Shown here piece after piece: positions 39,383 through 55,449 of a stretch of 64,000 nt of DNA (the first letter of the stretch is position 1; every line of letters begins with the position of its first letter). The stretch lies in the NCBI GenBank assembly GCA_951406725.2, contig OX597828.1, positions 35,092,001 to 35,156,000 of the forward strand. Direction: 5' to 3'. The DNA comes from Octopus vulgaris (lineage: Eukaryota). Under the pieces are notes generated by a model. That model saw only the letters and a list, made by a program, of their open reading frames with translations, had not been told where the DNA came from and searched no databases. A program made the translations under genes and the position numbers.

Positions 39383-40659
39383 TCCATTAGTTTCTCGAAA
39401 TGAAAAGATTTATATATTATATTGTTTAAATAATATAATTTAAATGGGTGCATTTAACGAGGGTATTTATGTATTACTACTCTAAGACCGAATGTGTCAC
39501 GCTGTCACATGGTTAGTTGAAGAGAGAGGCAAAAATCGAGAGAAAAAGAGGGAGAGAGAAGTGTTAACGACGCGAGGTATGGAGTAAGTAATTGCTATCA
39601 CATGGTTAAGTTAGTTGAAGTGAGAGGTATAGTGAAAGAGAGTTAGAAAAACAATGTTTAGCAGAGGTGGGGTGTTGTGGTGGAAAGGAAGACAGAGAGA
39701 TTGAGAGAGAGAGGGAGGAGGAAAGAGAGAGAGGGGGCAGTTATATTAAGAATGAGAGACAGAGAAAGAGAGTGGTGACGCTATTGCCAGCCAATGCATT
39801 ACGCTGTCACGTGGTTAATTCAAAGAAGAGGCGGAGTTCAGTGATGGGTGTAGGATTTGAACTCAGAATGCACAGAACAAGAACAGATGCCGCAAGACAT
39901 CCATTACGTTGTTCTAGCAATCTGATCACCCCGACTGAACAGGTGACTTTTTTCTCCCCGTAGATCTCGAAAACATCGAAGACGAAGGTGACAACGGTTG
40001 CGATTCGATCTCAGAAAAGAACACAGGAAACCGCGAACAAATACCGCGAGACATTTTGTCGATGGTCTAACGATTTCACCGATGCGTTGCCTGTGTTGTT
40101 TTAAGAGAGAAACAACCAAAAACAGAATCGAAGCCCGTTAATTGCACTTAATACAATAGAGTTTTCGGTTAGAATTTAAGATGAATGAATTAATAGGAAA
40201 AAGAATCATTTTCGAAGGTTTAATGAGAGAAGCTGAACATACTTAACCTAACAAGAGTAATAAATCGATTTTGGTAAAACGGCATTAAAGAAAGAGCAAA
40301 CCTATTAGACGCAGTTAAGAAGTAACGGTAAACACACACACACACACATCATACACAAACAGACAAAATAAACACACACACATAAACACATGTACGCTTA
40401 AACACATGTACACATATGCGTAGGCCGAGTTAAGTTTAATAATCTTTATTCATTGCCAGAGTAAACAACTTACAACAATACGTTAGACTTCGAGTTAAAA
40501 TAAAGGACGCCATTTTAAATATTCTTTTTTTTATTTTTATTTCTGTTTTTATTTAGGTTTTGTTTTTTCTCTAATTTATTTTGTTGCGTATATTTTTGTT
40601 GCGTTGAAAGCATGTCGGTGCTTCTATTAAATGTCAAATGATTGGTGTGTATATGCGAG

Positions 40660-40694
<35 letters not shown>

Positions 40695-40842
40695 GTGTGT
40701 ATGTATGTAAATATACACATACATATATATATATGCATATACATATATATGCGTATACACATATATACATATACATATATATACATATGCATATATACAT
40801 ATACATATATGTGTGTTTATATATATATATATGCACGTACAC

Positions 40843-40910
<68 letters not shown>

Positions 40911-41362
40911 GTTTATATACATACACATATATGTATACACGCACATGCACAAACGCGCGTACACGCACACATACATATACACATACATACACACAAACAT
41001 ATCCTTCTTTAAATCTTTATGAGTCTAAACCAATTCACCAATGTCTTCCAATATTCAGTCTTCAGAATTTTTGGCGCTAGAATACGAGCAGGAAATCCTG
41101 CAATCATATTTTATTTTAACATGGAAATGTATTTCCAGTGAAAAAACTTATCAAGTTGCCGGTTTGTGTTTTGTTTTTATCTATGTTTTATATAGTTTTC
41201 TTTCTTCATCTAAAGATAATTCTAGAGTGCAGGTGCTTGTCGAGAGCCATAGACAATTTGGCAAATTTTCCCTAACATGCAGCCGTCGAACTGTTTTCGA
41301 AACCCAATTGAAGTATATTTATTTCGCTTACATCCACACACGCACACGCACACGCACACACA

Positions 41363-41414
<52 letters not shown>

Positions 41415-42795
41415 AAGTTATAACAATTTAAATCGGTGGCACGGCAGAAATGAAACAGTACTATATTTGGTTCTGTGGTTCCAACAGCAATTCAAGGACC
41501 GATACAATAGTACCAGTCACGTACATAAATCGATGACGTTCGATGACTCAAGTCTAAGAGAGTGCCTGAATTTGCCTACCAGTCTTCAGGGATCGTTAAA
41601 AAAATAATAAATACCAGCTTTGTCGATAAAATTCTATAGATGAAGTCTAAAAGAAGGCCTAAGATCTTCCTATCAAATTTTGATGGAACTGATAACATAA
41701 GAACCAATAATGAAACGGGTTTGATTATTTTCTATTGCAAAAATCCCGCCAAGGGCCTGATATTATTTTACTATGGATAAATTGAAATTAGAGATTTTTT
41801 TAGTATTATATTGATGTCAGTTTCTTCTTTTTTTTTTGGTTATTATATATTTGATTTTGCATAATTGTTGTTATATTTTTTCATGGGAATTTTTTAACGG
41901 TGTAAGGTTGCTTGTTGAGTTAGATATTTTATTTCATTGGAGAAGTTGTGGTTTTAGAAGATTAGTTTGTTTGATTTCCAAGATCGGTATCCCTGTCAAG
42001 CTTTTACCAGCCATATAATGAGGCTGGTTAAGTTCTATGGCTCAATTCTCACCGAGAGAGCCAAGCCAGAAATTTCCCTATCAACTTTCAGCCAAGCCAA
42101 CGATGAAACGAGATCTAACCATTTACTGAAGTTGATAATTAAAACTAACCACAATATGTGTGGCCTGTTGAACTGTGTATGAAGTAATAAATAATTTAAC
42201 GGAATCCACTAATTTTATAATAATTATTATACAAACTCACTCTCTCTTTTACTTACTCTCTACTCCGTTGTGTTTCATTATTGATCATGTAATTAACACC
42301 TCTATGTTTCCTTTACACCATTCTCTCTTTCCCTATATCCCCTTCTCTCTCTCTCATTCACTTTAACTTTCACTTTCACTTTCCTTTCTTCTCTCTTTCT
42401 CTCTTCGCCCTCTTTCAATCCTTCCACTGATCTTAATCCTCATCATGTGTCATTATCTTTACGGTTATCGTTGGCGTCCTCCTAATTATAACTCTAATTA
42501 TTTTCGCTTTTATATCACATCTAGCTTTCCACTCTCTTTCTTCAGCCATCTTGCCAGTGATCCCTCCATCTCCCCACCCTCACTCTCACCATCTCTCTCT
42601 CTCTCCTCTCGCGCGCGCGCCCTTCCTCTCTCCATCAGTTTGTGTGTGCACGTATGACCGAATATGCAACTTATGTGTCAATTAGAATGCATATGTGTGT
42701 CAGAGTGTGTATGGTTTCATAAAGCCGTTAAGGCTTTCCCCTATTCCGCTTCCTTAGGTTCAGTATCTCTCTAACTCTCTCTCTCTCTCTTTCTT

Positions 42796-42836
<41 letters not shown>

Positions 42837-42917
42837 GTCTTGCCTGTCTTCTGTCTGCCTATCTGTCTGTCTGTCTGTCTATCTATCTGTCTGTCTGTCT
42901 CTCTATATATATATCTG

Positions 42918-43001
<84 letters not shown>

Positions 43002-43004
43002 AAT

Positions 43005-43038
<34 letters not shown>

Positions 43039-43144
43039 GTCTATCTATTTATCTACTTGTCTGTCTGTCCATCTATCTAACCATCTGTCTTTCTATCTGT
43101 CAGTCTGTCTATGTGTGCAGCCCTGTGTGGCTAATAAAGAAACA

Positions 43145-43210
<66 letters not shown>

Positions 43211-43255
43211 CCAGTCTATCTATCTGTCTGTCTACCTGTCTATCTATTTATCTAC

Positions 43256-43342
<87 letters not shown>

Positions 43343-43949
43343 CCTATCTATCTACATCCATTCATCTTTCTCCAACACCATCTGTCCCTCTATCTCTCAC
43401 TCTCTCTTTTTCTTTCTCACCCCCTCTCTCTCTCTCTCCTTTCACTTCTTTATATCTTTCTATATCTGACAACGTCTTGCGCATTATATTATTGTCTAAT
43501 TGTTATATTTACACATAACTCTGATCAAACATCTATTACCTAAGAGACGCTTCTAACAACATACTACCACTACCACCACCACCACTACAACCACCACCAC
43601 CACTACAACCACCACCACCACTACTGCCAAAATCATCCCCAACCTGCTCTAATAATGCCACCACCGCCGTCGTCGCCACCGCCACCACCACCGCCTTCGA
43701 TTCTACTTCTACGATGACTACAAACCGCCGAACAAGAATTTATAGATCCTTCATTGAATTGAATTCCTTTGATCTGAACATATTTGTCTATTACTCAGCC
43801 AACCTACCTGCATGTCAGCAGACATCTGAAACATCTTTGCTCACCTGTCTCCGTGTCTATTTATCTCTCTAGCTCATTATTTCCTTTATATATAGGTATG
43901 TATACACACATATATACAAATATATATATATATATATACTCATACAAAT

Positions 43950-43980
<31 letters not shown>

Positions 43981-44035
43981 TGTGTGTATATATATATGTG
44001 TGTGTATATATATATGTATATATTGTGTGTATATA

Positions 44036-44066
<31 letters not shown>

Positions 44067-44081
44067 TTGTGTGTATATATA

Positions 44082-44141
<60 letters not shown>

Positions 44142-44888
44142 CATATACAGCTACATATATGCATATATACATAAATATATACATATATAAATTGCGTAGA
44201 TGTGCGTGTGTGTATGAAACTAAATATACATATATATAATCATATATAGCTATATATATATGCATATATATACATATATATATGTATATATACACATACA
44301 AACATATACATACATATATTCATACACGCACGCACACACACACACACACACACACGGACAAATTGTTGAATGGTTAAGAAGATCGCTTTGAGACAGCGAG
44401 GACAGGCGTTCGAACTTATGGCGAAGTACCTTTGGCAAATCTAATTTTCTTTGGCCACGAGTCTACCCATTTCCTGTTACTGGAATTGGATTGACGGAAA
44501 CTGTGGAGAATTGATGGATTGTACCTGTAATTTAAATGACAATACATCCTTCTCACACACATTATGCTGAGATTATCCCGGGAGTTACGTTAAGTGTACA
44601 CCCCACATTGGAATGGTCAGCGACATACTCGCTAATTCAGGATCAGGTAATTCAGCAAATCGAACAACTGGATCCTCATCGTCGACGAACGACGGAGGTC
44701 CCTCATAAGACAGGATGGAATGATACACCACCACCCAACTCCATGCAAATATAATTATTATCTCAAATATATTTTTAATGTTGTGCTTTATTCTAATTAG
44801 ACTGCTAATGATGGATCATGCTTGGTAATTATAAACCTCCGCCTTATAAATCCTGGCTATGCTCATCCATCCATCCATCCATCCATCC

Positions 44889-44940
<52 letters not shown>

Positions 44941-45126
44941 ATCTATCTATCTATCTATCTATCAATCTATAGCTAGGTATCTTTCTCTCTCTATCCCCTT
45001 CTCTCTTTCTCTCTCTCTCTCTCTTTCCATCTTTCCTTCTCTTTCTCTTTTCTTGGATCTTTTTATCATAGAGCTTCAATCACAGACATAAGCCGGCACA
45101 TACATAAGCACATACATAAGCCGGCT

Positions 45127-45238
<112 letters not shown>

Positions 45239-45239
45239 A

Positions 45240-45800
45240 AATACAAAATGGGACAAGAACGCAAAACATCTAGGCAGGTGATACAAAAATGGGACAACAA
45301 AACATCAAGAAAGACGATACAAAGAAAACAAGGAGTTTTCTTTGTTTTCATTTGGAGTTTTCTTTCCTCAATCGAGTTCCAGATTATCTTTGCAATTTCG
45401 GCTCGTTATACTATACTTTTTTTGAACGAAGAAGGAAACAAATAGAGAAACGAGACAGGCAACATAAAGAACATTCCGTTCATCAGTTGTCCCCTATTTT
45501 ATCTACTCTGCGTTTCGAAGGTTGGGACGAGACGCGACTTCGTTAAAACAATCCTTCCCACAAAGCAAATTAAATAAAATTTGAGATTTTTTGCGGAAGG
45601 TTAATTTGGTAACAAAAACAGGACAGTAAGAACAAAACAATAAAAACAAACGGTGAGGGTTGTTAAGCCATAACGAGGTGAAGGGAGAACGCTGGAAAAA
45701 CGAGCTTTGAGAAGAGACATGCAAAAACACGTCTTGTCTTTAGGAAAGAAGTGGAAGAAAGAAAGATAGATAGCCGTTGGTCACGAGTTTGTAACGAGAG
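45240..45800 (-). mobile_element. Unclassified dispersed repeat F, possibly Penelope-related; homologous to 61270-61400
   Basis: ATACAAAATGGGACAAGAACGCAAAACAT..GACGATACAAA..GCAATTTCGGCT matches the reverse complement of 61285-61400. Confidence 0.5.
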
Positions 45801-46014
45801 AGTCAAGGAGGAAGAGTAAGAGAGAGAGAGAGAGAGAGAGAGAGCAGTGAAGGGGAGAGGAGAAGAATTAGAGAACGTATGGGAGAGAAAAACAGGGAAG
45901 GAAGAGGAACAAGAGAGGAAGATAGAATAGAGATAGTTTGTAGAGTGCGCATCGGAATTATTAAGATCAAACTTACTTGGAAATGGATGCGTGGCGTTCG
46001 ATCATATAATAATA

Positions 46015-46070
<56 letters not shown>

Positions 46071-46516
46071 TATATACACACATACATGTACATGCCTAAA
46101 TATACATACATACATGCATACATACATATATACATACATACATATATATATGACAGACCGACAGACAGATAGATAGATACATACATACATACATACATAC
46201 ATACATACATACATACATACATACATACATACATACATACATCCTGCAAGAGTACAAGGCATTTAGTGCATTCCTAACATTAACAAAAGAAAAAAGGAAA
46301 TGGATGCAATAACAAAAGTATCATATCCGAAATCCCACATTTTTTTTCGCCTTTCCATGACAGTTTCTAAGACGTTGCAAGCCTGCTGTAACGCGTCTAT
46401 GCCACATCCATTTTATGGATTCGATTCGGAACATTGCGCGAGTCGCTTTGGTTGAACGTATCAGGAACCGCCCTCATAAATATATATATATATATGTGTG
46501 TGTATATATATATATA

Positions 46517-46578
<62 letters not shown>

Positions 46579-46603
46579 TATATACATATACATATATATA
46601 TAC

Positions 46604-46634
<31 letters not shown>

Positions 46635-46635
46635 C

Positions 46636-46703
<68 letters not shown>

Positions 46704-47190
46704 TGCATATATTCATTTCCATACATGCATATATACACTTATATAATACATATTTATGTACACAGATATATATATGCATACATATACACACCACCCGCAC
46801 AAACGCACACCCACACACGTACACTCACACACACACTCCTCCCTCCCTCCCTCCCTCCCTCCCTCCTCTCTCTCTCATGTTTCATTCTTACCTATTCTCT
46901 CAGACGTTTGTTTTTTCGTAATGGTTTCTTTTTCTTCCGTTTATCTTCATTTTAACAGCATTTTTAATGACAGACTGTTGTTTCCATTCCAATTTTCTTT
47001 TCGTCTTACACATAAACAATAACCGAAAAGTTCAAGGAATCGGTAAACTAAGCCGCTACCTCATAATTTAATTTTTTTTTTTACTTTTCTTTTTTTTCTT
47101 CTAATAAACAACATTCCTGCCATCAAGGTAAGCATAAAATCTTCATTCCCCTACTTTCCCTCCCTCCCTCACCATCCCTTCTCCCCATCG

Positions 47191-47283
47191 CTCTGCCACC
47201 CAACCCCTCTGCCACCCAACCCCCTCTGCCACCCAACCCCTCTGCCACCCAGCCCCTCTTCCACCCAACCCCTCTGCCACCCA
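47191..47283. repeat. 17-bp C-rich minisatellite (CTCTGCCACCCAACCCC), about 6 units
   Basis: Visible tandem units; the minus strand is rich in G runs. Confidence 0.85.
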
Positions 47284-47571
47284 CCTCTCTTCCTCTCCAC
47301 CTCCTCCGTCTCTTCCTCCTCTCCCCCTTCTTCTCCCTTCACTGCCGTATTTTTCTATTAATTATCAGGAAATTCCTCAGGTTTTCTCTATTGAAGCTCG
47401 AAAAGCAGATTAGATAATGTCTATCTTCACTGCGAAATGAAAATGCACGAATCTGTATGAATCTGTCTGTTTATGTATGTCTGATATATACGATGTGTCT
47501 GTGTGTGTGTGTGTGTGTACGTGTGTGTGTGCTCATGTGTGGTACATGTGTAATATATCCGAGCGAGAGGA

Positions 47572-48162
47572 GCGGCGAGCTGGGAGAAACGTTAGCACGC
47601 CGGGCGAAATGCATAGCCGTATTTCGTCTGCCGTTACATTCTGAGTTCAAATTCCGCCGAGGTTGACTTCGCCTTTCATCCTTTCGGGGTCGATTAAATA
47701 AGTACCAGTTACGCACTGCGGTCGATATAATCGACTTAATTCGTTTGTCTGTCTTTGTTTGTCCTCTCAGTGTTTATCCCCTTGTGGGTAGTAAAGAAAT
47801 AGGTATTTCGGTTGCCGCTACGTTCTGAGTTCAAATTCTGCAAAGGTCGACTTTGCCTTTCATCCTTTCGTGGTCGATTAAATAAGTACCAGTTACGCAC
47901 TGGAGTCAATATAATCGACTTAATCCCTTTGTCTGTCCTTGTTTGTCCTCTTTGAATTTAGCCTCTTGTGGGTAGTAAAGAAATAGAAATAGGTATTTAG
48001 TCTGTCTTTACGTTCTGAATTCAAATTCCGTCGAGTTCGACTTTACCTTTCATCCTTTCGGGGTCGATAAATTAAGTACCGGTTGCGTAGTGGGGTCGAT
48101 CCAATAAACTGCTCCCCCCCTCCCCCAAAATTTCGGGCCTTGTGCCTAGAGTAGAAAAGAAT
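47572..48162 (+). mobile_element. SINE B trimer (one head, three bodies) in one TSD
   Basis: Units restart at GGTATTT (47802, 47992); last unit has the alternative tail; flanking direct repeat TATCCGAGC at 47556-47564 and 48164-48172. Confidence 0.9.
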
Positions 48163-48485
48163 GTATCCGAGCTAGAAAGAGGAAGAGTATTTAGGAATTG
48201 CTGAAATGAAATTTATCTTTTTCAATTGTTAACTTCCCAGTTTAACTAATGAAGTCACATTAAGGGGAAAGTACACGGGGTAAACATTATTTGTGACGAG
48301 AACTTCAGTTGGAGTATGAGCAGAAGAATTGTCAAAGAATAACAAAACCTTGCAAGCTGGCATCCAGTCCGTTTTCCCCGCAGTGGGTACGAACTCCTGG
48401 CACAAAATATGTGTAAAACCAATCAGGACAAAAATATCCCCGGTGATTCATTCCTTTTTGTTAGCATAATAAAGGACTGTTAATA

Positions 48486-48890
48486 GGCGCAGGAGTGGCT
48501 GTGTGGTAAGTAGCTTGCTAACCAACCACATGGTTCCGGGTTCAGTCCCACTGCGTGGCATCTTGGGCAAGTGTCTTCTACTATAGCCTCGGGCCGACCA
48601 ATGCCTTGTGAGTGGATTAGGTAGACGGAAACTGAAAGAAGCCCGTCGTATATGTATATATATATATGCGTGTGTGTGTCTGTGTTTGTCCCCCTAGCAT
48701 TGCTTGACAACCGATGCTGGTGTGTTTATGTCCCCGTCACTTAGCGGTTAGGCAAAAGAGACCGATAGAATAAGTACTGGGCTTACAAAGAATAAGTCCC
48801 GGGGTTGAGTTGCTCGACTAAAGGCGGTGCTCCAGCATGGCCGCAGTCAACTGACTGAAACAAGTAAAAGAGTAAAAGAGAAAAGAGAGT
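48486..48890 (+). mobile_element. SINE A, young, inserted in the Tigger DDE region
   Basis: Full-length family A sequence. Confidence 0.93.
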
Positions 48891-49340
48891 ATTTAAAAGA
48901 CCGAAGGCGCCAGCTTTTGGCCACCACAACAAGATTACATTGATGCGTGCCCACAGCATTAACACATTCTAGTAAAGATAATCTGTCAATAGCAGGCTTA
49001 ACTCCTATAGAAGCTCTCTCTTCACTGAACTCATCAATGAATTTCTCTCCCGTTTCGTGATCAACAGATGCTTTATCAGCACAAATCTTCAAATATTTAT
49101 TTTCTTAAAGTTCTGCAACCAGCCTGCTGAATATCCAAAGCTATCTTCAATTTTCGTCTCGCCATGATAACTTTTTCTCTTGTTTTATGATCAGCATTCC
49201 ATTAAGCGACATGCGTTCACCCCGAAACTGAGCACCAGAATGCGATCGAGATCTTAATTTTTCGCCCTATGTAGTCATGTTTTTCTGTTTCTCACTAACT
49301 TTTATTCACCAACTTTCTGTTTCTTCGGGGTTACATTTGT

Positions 49341-49752
49341 TCTCTTTTTTCTCTTTTACTTGTTTCAGTCATTTGACTGCGGCCATGCTGGAGCACCGCC
49401 TTTAGTCGAGCAAATCGACCCCGGGACTTATTCTTTGTAAGCCCAGTACTTATTCTATCGGTGTCTTTTGCCGAACCGCTAGGTGACGGGGATGTAAACA
49501 CACCAGCATCGGTTGTCAAGCAATGCTAGGGGGGCAAACACAGACACACAACACGTACACACATATATATATATATACATACATATATACGACGGGCTTC
49601 TTTCAGTTTCCGTCTACCAAATCCACTCACAAGGCATTGGTCGGCCCGGGGCTATAGCAGAAGACACTTGCCCAAGATGCCACGCAGTGGGACTGAACCC
49701 GGAACCATGTGGTTGGTTAGCAAGCTACTTACCACACAGCCACTCCTGCGCC
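49341..49752 (-). mobile_element. SINE A, young, inserted in the Tigger N-terminal region
   Basis: Full-length reverse complement of family A. Confidence 0.93.
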
Positions 49753-50107
49753 TTTGTCGTTGTTCTGACACAAACTTCTTTCCAACATTTTAACTTTCTG
49801 TGTTATAAGCATAAATGTCTTCCATCTTCTTTTCCATATTACCCATGCGAGTATCTCCAAACCTTTCCGACATTTGCAAAAATATCTTCATACCACAAGG
49901 CGGCAACCACAATGAGTAACGGGTGAAGGTGTTTCTGAGCCCACTGATAACACTAAACTGCCACCATGTGGCCAAATCACATGAGCATGGGGAACGCCAC
50001 CTAGAGTAAGTGAGGCCACGTGTTATGACATGTGATCTTACCCAGGCTTGGAGCGTTCACAGCAGGTGTACTTGGTGAAATACTTTACACGCGCACACAC
50101 ACACACA

Positions 50108-50154
<47 letters not shown>

Positions 50155-50287
50155 GCATACATATATATATTCATACATATACATACGCATATATGTATAC
50201 ATATGTATACATACATACATGCATACATATATATATATATGTATATGTATCATACGTGTGTGTATGCGTATATATATATATATATAT

Positions 50288-50326
<39 letters not shown>

Positions 50327-50559
50327 TAGATATATATATACAAACATATGTGTATACATACGAATATATATATATATATACATACATATATAATACACGT
50401 GCGCGCACACACCCACATTGATAATGTAGTCCTACATATGTCTTATAGGATGCTCATAGGTGCAATACTCCTCAGTTACGTTGACCCCGGAACTAAATAA
50501 CAACCTCCATGCCGTCCCTTTACTTGTTAGAAATAACAGCTACATCCCTCAAACCAGAT

Positions 50560-51175
50560 TATAAGACGTTTCGGCACTGCTGTTTTGACCCTGCCAATTT
50601 GGCGTGGCTGATTCGACGCTGACTTATTTGATATCGGACGTTTTTCTCCCGGCACATTTTGGCATTGTGAAAGTTTTGTTTCTATTCTAGTTAACAACAA
50701 ATTTGTAAACATGACTCCTAAACTGTTAAATTTCGTTTAGCTTTCTACTTGACTTTATACGTATAAAGCTTCATGAAATAATGACAAAACGCGGAAAAGA
50801 AATATTTTTCTAGCAATGAATTTCAGTACATCATTAACGAAGTAAACAGAGTGGCAGTGAATTTAAATTTTGACGCTGCCAGCAGAAAAATTGGTGAGAA
50901 AGAAACCTCGAACTGCACTAAATGACCCCGATTGGTACAAACGTCTGTGTGTGTGTGTTTGTGTGTGTACGTGTATGTTTGTGTGTGTGTGTACGTGTGT
51001 GTGTGTGTGTGTATGTGTGTGTGTATTTCTGTGTGCGTGTGTGTCAGTACTGCCTCCCGTGCCAAAAAGTACTGTCTCCAAAATAAAGAGGAAAAAAACG
51101 TCACCAAAATAGGTCCAGGCACCTATGACAAATGGCCAGCGCCAAAGCAGCTACGCCCACTCGTCTCATTCCACT
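50560..51175. mobile_element. Possible degenerate non-autonomous DNA element with short periodic subterminal repeats
   Basis: TTT(C/T)GGC-like units on the left and GCCAAA-like units on the right, in inverted orientation. Confidence 0.25.
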
Positions 51176-52164
51176 AAAATCACATCCTACCATCTTCACA
51201 AAGAAAAGGCGCCCCTGGATAATTCATGCCTAATAATCCCTTAACAGTTTAACAATGGTCCCTTATAATTCCAATTAGAGATTGAAACCTCCACCGTTAT
51301 ATTATGTTACTACTTGCCAACACCTTTACCCACAAGGCCAACAAAGATAAAGGGTAAGGGTATTCGGCACAGGATCGTGCGTTCGATTCCCGGAAGCGCA
51401 TTGTGTCTTTGAGCAACGCACTTTATTTCACGTTGCTCCAGTCCATTCAGGAGGCAATAATGAGTAGTACCTGTAATTCAAAGGGGCCAGCCTTGTTACA
51501 TTTTTTGTCATGAGAACTACGTTAAGGTTACGCCTGTCTGCGGAGTACTCAACCACTTGCACGTTAATTTCACGATCACGTTGTTCTGTTCATCGGACCG
51601 ACTACAACACTCGTCGTCTTCACCGACGGAGTGCCAGCATCCTTTAAAAAAGCAGGTGGTGAGTCATGCTTGGAGAGCCTTCGAGAATGTTTCCGTTCAT
51701 CAGGGTTGTCCTCGGGCTAATCAACAACAACAACAACAACAGCAACAACAACATTGTTGTCTCTTAATGAAAAACGTTGCAACACGTGAAGAATTATTCC
51801 ACTAGGTACCAAGTTCAATATCAACCTAAAACTAATTGCTTACCTTTGATTTCATCCCATTGCTATCCAAAAGATCGTTTATAGACATTAGCCACGCGCC
51901 ACTAAGTGTGGAGGTCGTTGGGCGGGTAGGTGGGTGGTTCGTTGGTTCGTTGGGTGGTTGGCTGGTCGGTAAAAGTTTCCCGAAATTGCCAAAATATCAA
52001 AAAGAAAAAGATAAAAATGCCAAACTCGAAGACAAAAATTCATAGTAAAAATTGAAAGGAAACAGAAAATTCAAAATAAAGCAAAAAACAAAAGAAACAA
52101 AGTATAAAGCTTCTTCCAATCGTCGTCTCTTCGCCAAATTGTTTAAAATGCAGCATGCAAAGCA

Positions 52165-53080
<916 letters not shown>

Positions 53081-53439
53081 TATTTGGTGGAGATATTGGG
53101 GTCTTAGTTATTTAGTTCGGGGTTAATTTTGTTTGTTTTATTATTATTATTATTATTAGTCCTGTTTTTTGTTTTTGGTTGTTGTTTTTTAAGGATGACG
53201 CTTTTTAAGTTAAACTTTGCGTTTCAATTTTTTCAATTTTTTTAATATACATTTTACTGCAACCTGTTTTAATTTCTCCCATGCAAAGCTCGCTGAAATA
53301 TCCCACGGGCAAAAAAAAAAGAAGTAAATAAAAATAATAAATAAATAAATAAATAGGTTTTGATGGGTGCAGTGGGGTTGGAGGGTGAGGGGCGGGAAAG
53401 GTGGGGGGATTCGGTTAGAGAGAAGTAATTAATAGAGAG

Positions 53440-53572
53440 AAACGAACGACGCAAAAACCACGCGAGATGATTGCGAGATTTCGCGTGGTTTGAAACGGAT
53501 TGGGGGCGCGCGTTCGTGTACGCATCATTGCCTCTGCGCCTGCGCCTGCACGTGCGTGTGAGCGAGCGGGTG
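53440..53572. promoter_or_regulatory. CpG-dense promoter-like patch with inverted repeat and NRF1-like motif
   Basis: AAACCACGCGAGAT / ATTTCGCGTGGTTT at 53455-53491; TGCGCCTGCGC at 53535-53545; CACGTG nearby. Confidence 0.35.
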
Positions 53573-53574
53573 GC

Positions 53575-55092
<1,518 letters not shown>

Positions 55093-55191
55093 ATATGTAT
55101 ACATACACACATATATACATGCATACATACATATATACATACATACATACATGCATATATATATATATATATAAATATATATACATACACA

Positions 55192-55396
55192 CACGGTGTT
55201 CAAAAAGTCTCTCCGCAGTAAGTATTTTATTGCAAAATAAATATTTATATGATGGTGTAATACTTCAAAAGTATATATTAGATTGATTGATTGATTGATT
55301 CTAGTTTCAGCTTATGAGCTGTGGCCATGCTGGGGCACCGCCATTAGACTTTACAAAATTTTTAAAATTCACTGCGGGGAGACTTTTTGAACACTC

Positions 55397-55398
<2 letters not shown>
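55192..55398. mobile_element. Tc1/mariner-type MITE with 28-bp TIRs
   Basis: CACGGTGTTCAAAAAGTCTCTCCGCAGT versus the reverse complement of the right end, CAGAGTGTTCAAAAAGTCTCCCCGCAGT. Confidence 0.8.
55283..55342 (-). mobile_element. 60-bp RTE-like 3' tail insertion inside the MITE
   Basis: Minus strand GGCGGTGCCCCAGCATGGCCACAGCTCATAAGCTGAAACTAG(AATC)n; ATTAGA repeated at 55277-55282 and 55343-55348. Confidence 0.7.

Positions 55399-55449
<51 letters not shown>

Larger units (their letters stand above)
48236..49900 (-). pseudogene. Decayed pogo/Tigger transposase (Tigger4/Zombi-like) split by two SINE A insertions
   Basis: Manual minus-strand translation across frameshifts: MSER..DTRMGN..HLCL..QKVKMLE; LHRAKN*DLDR..LNGMLIIKQ..YSAGWLQNFKK..LKICADKASVDHETGEKFIDEF..DRLSLLECVNAVGTHQC; YYANKK..DWFYTYFVP..CKVLLFFDNSSAH..YFPLNVTSL. 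This is the HTH-psq / CENP-B / DDE_1 order. Confidence 0.85.
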
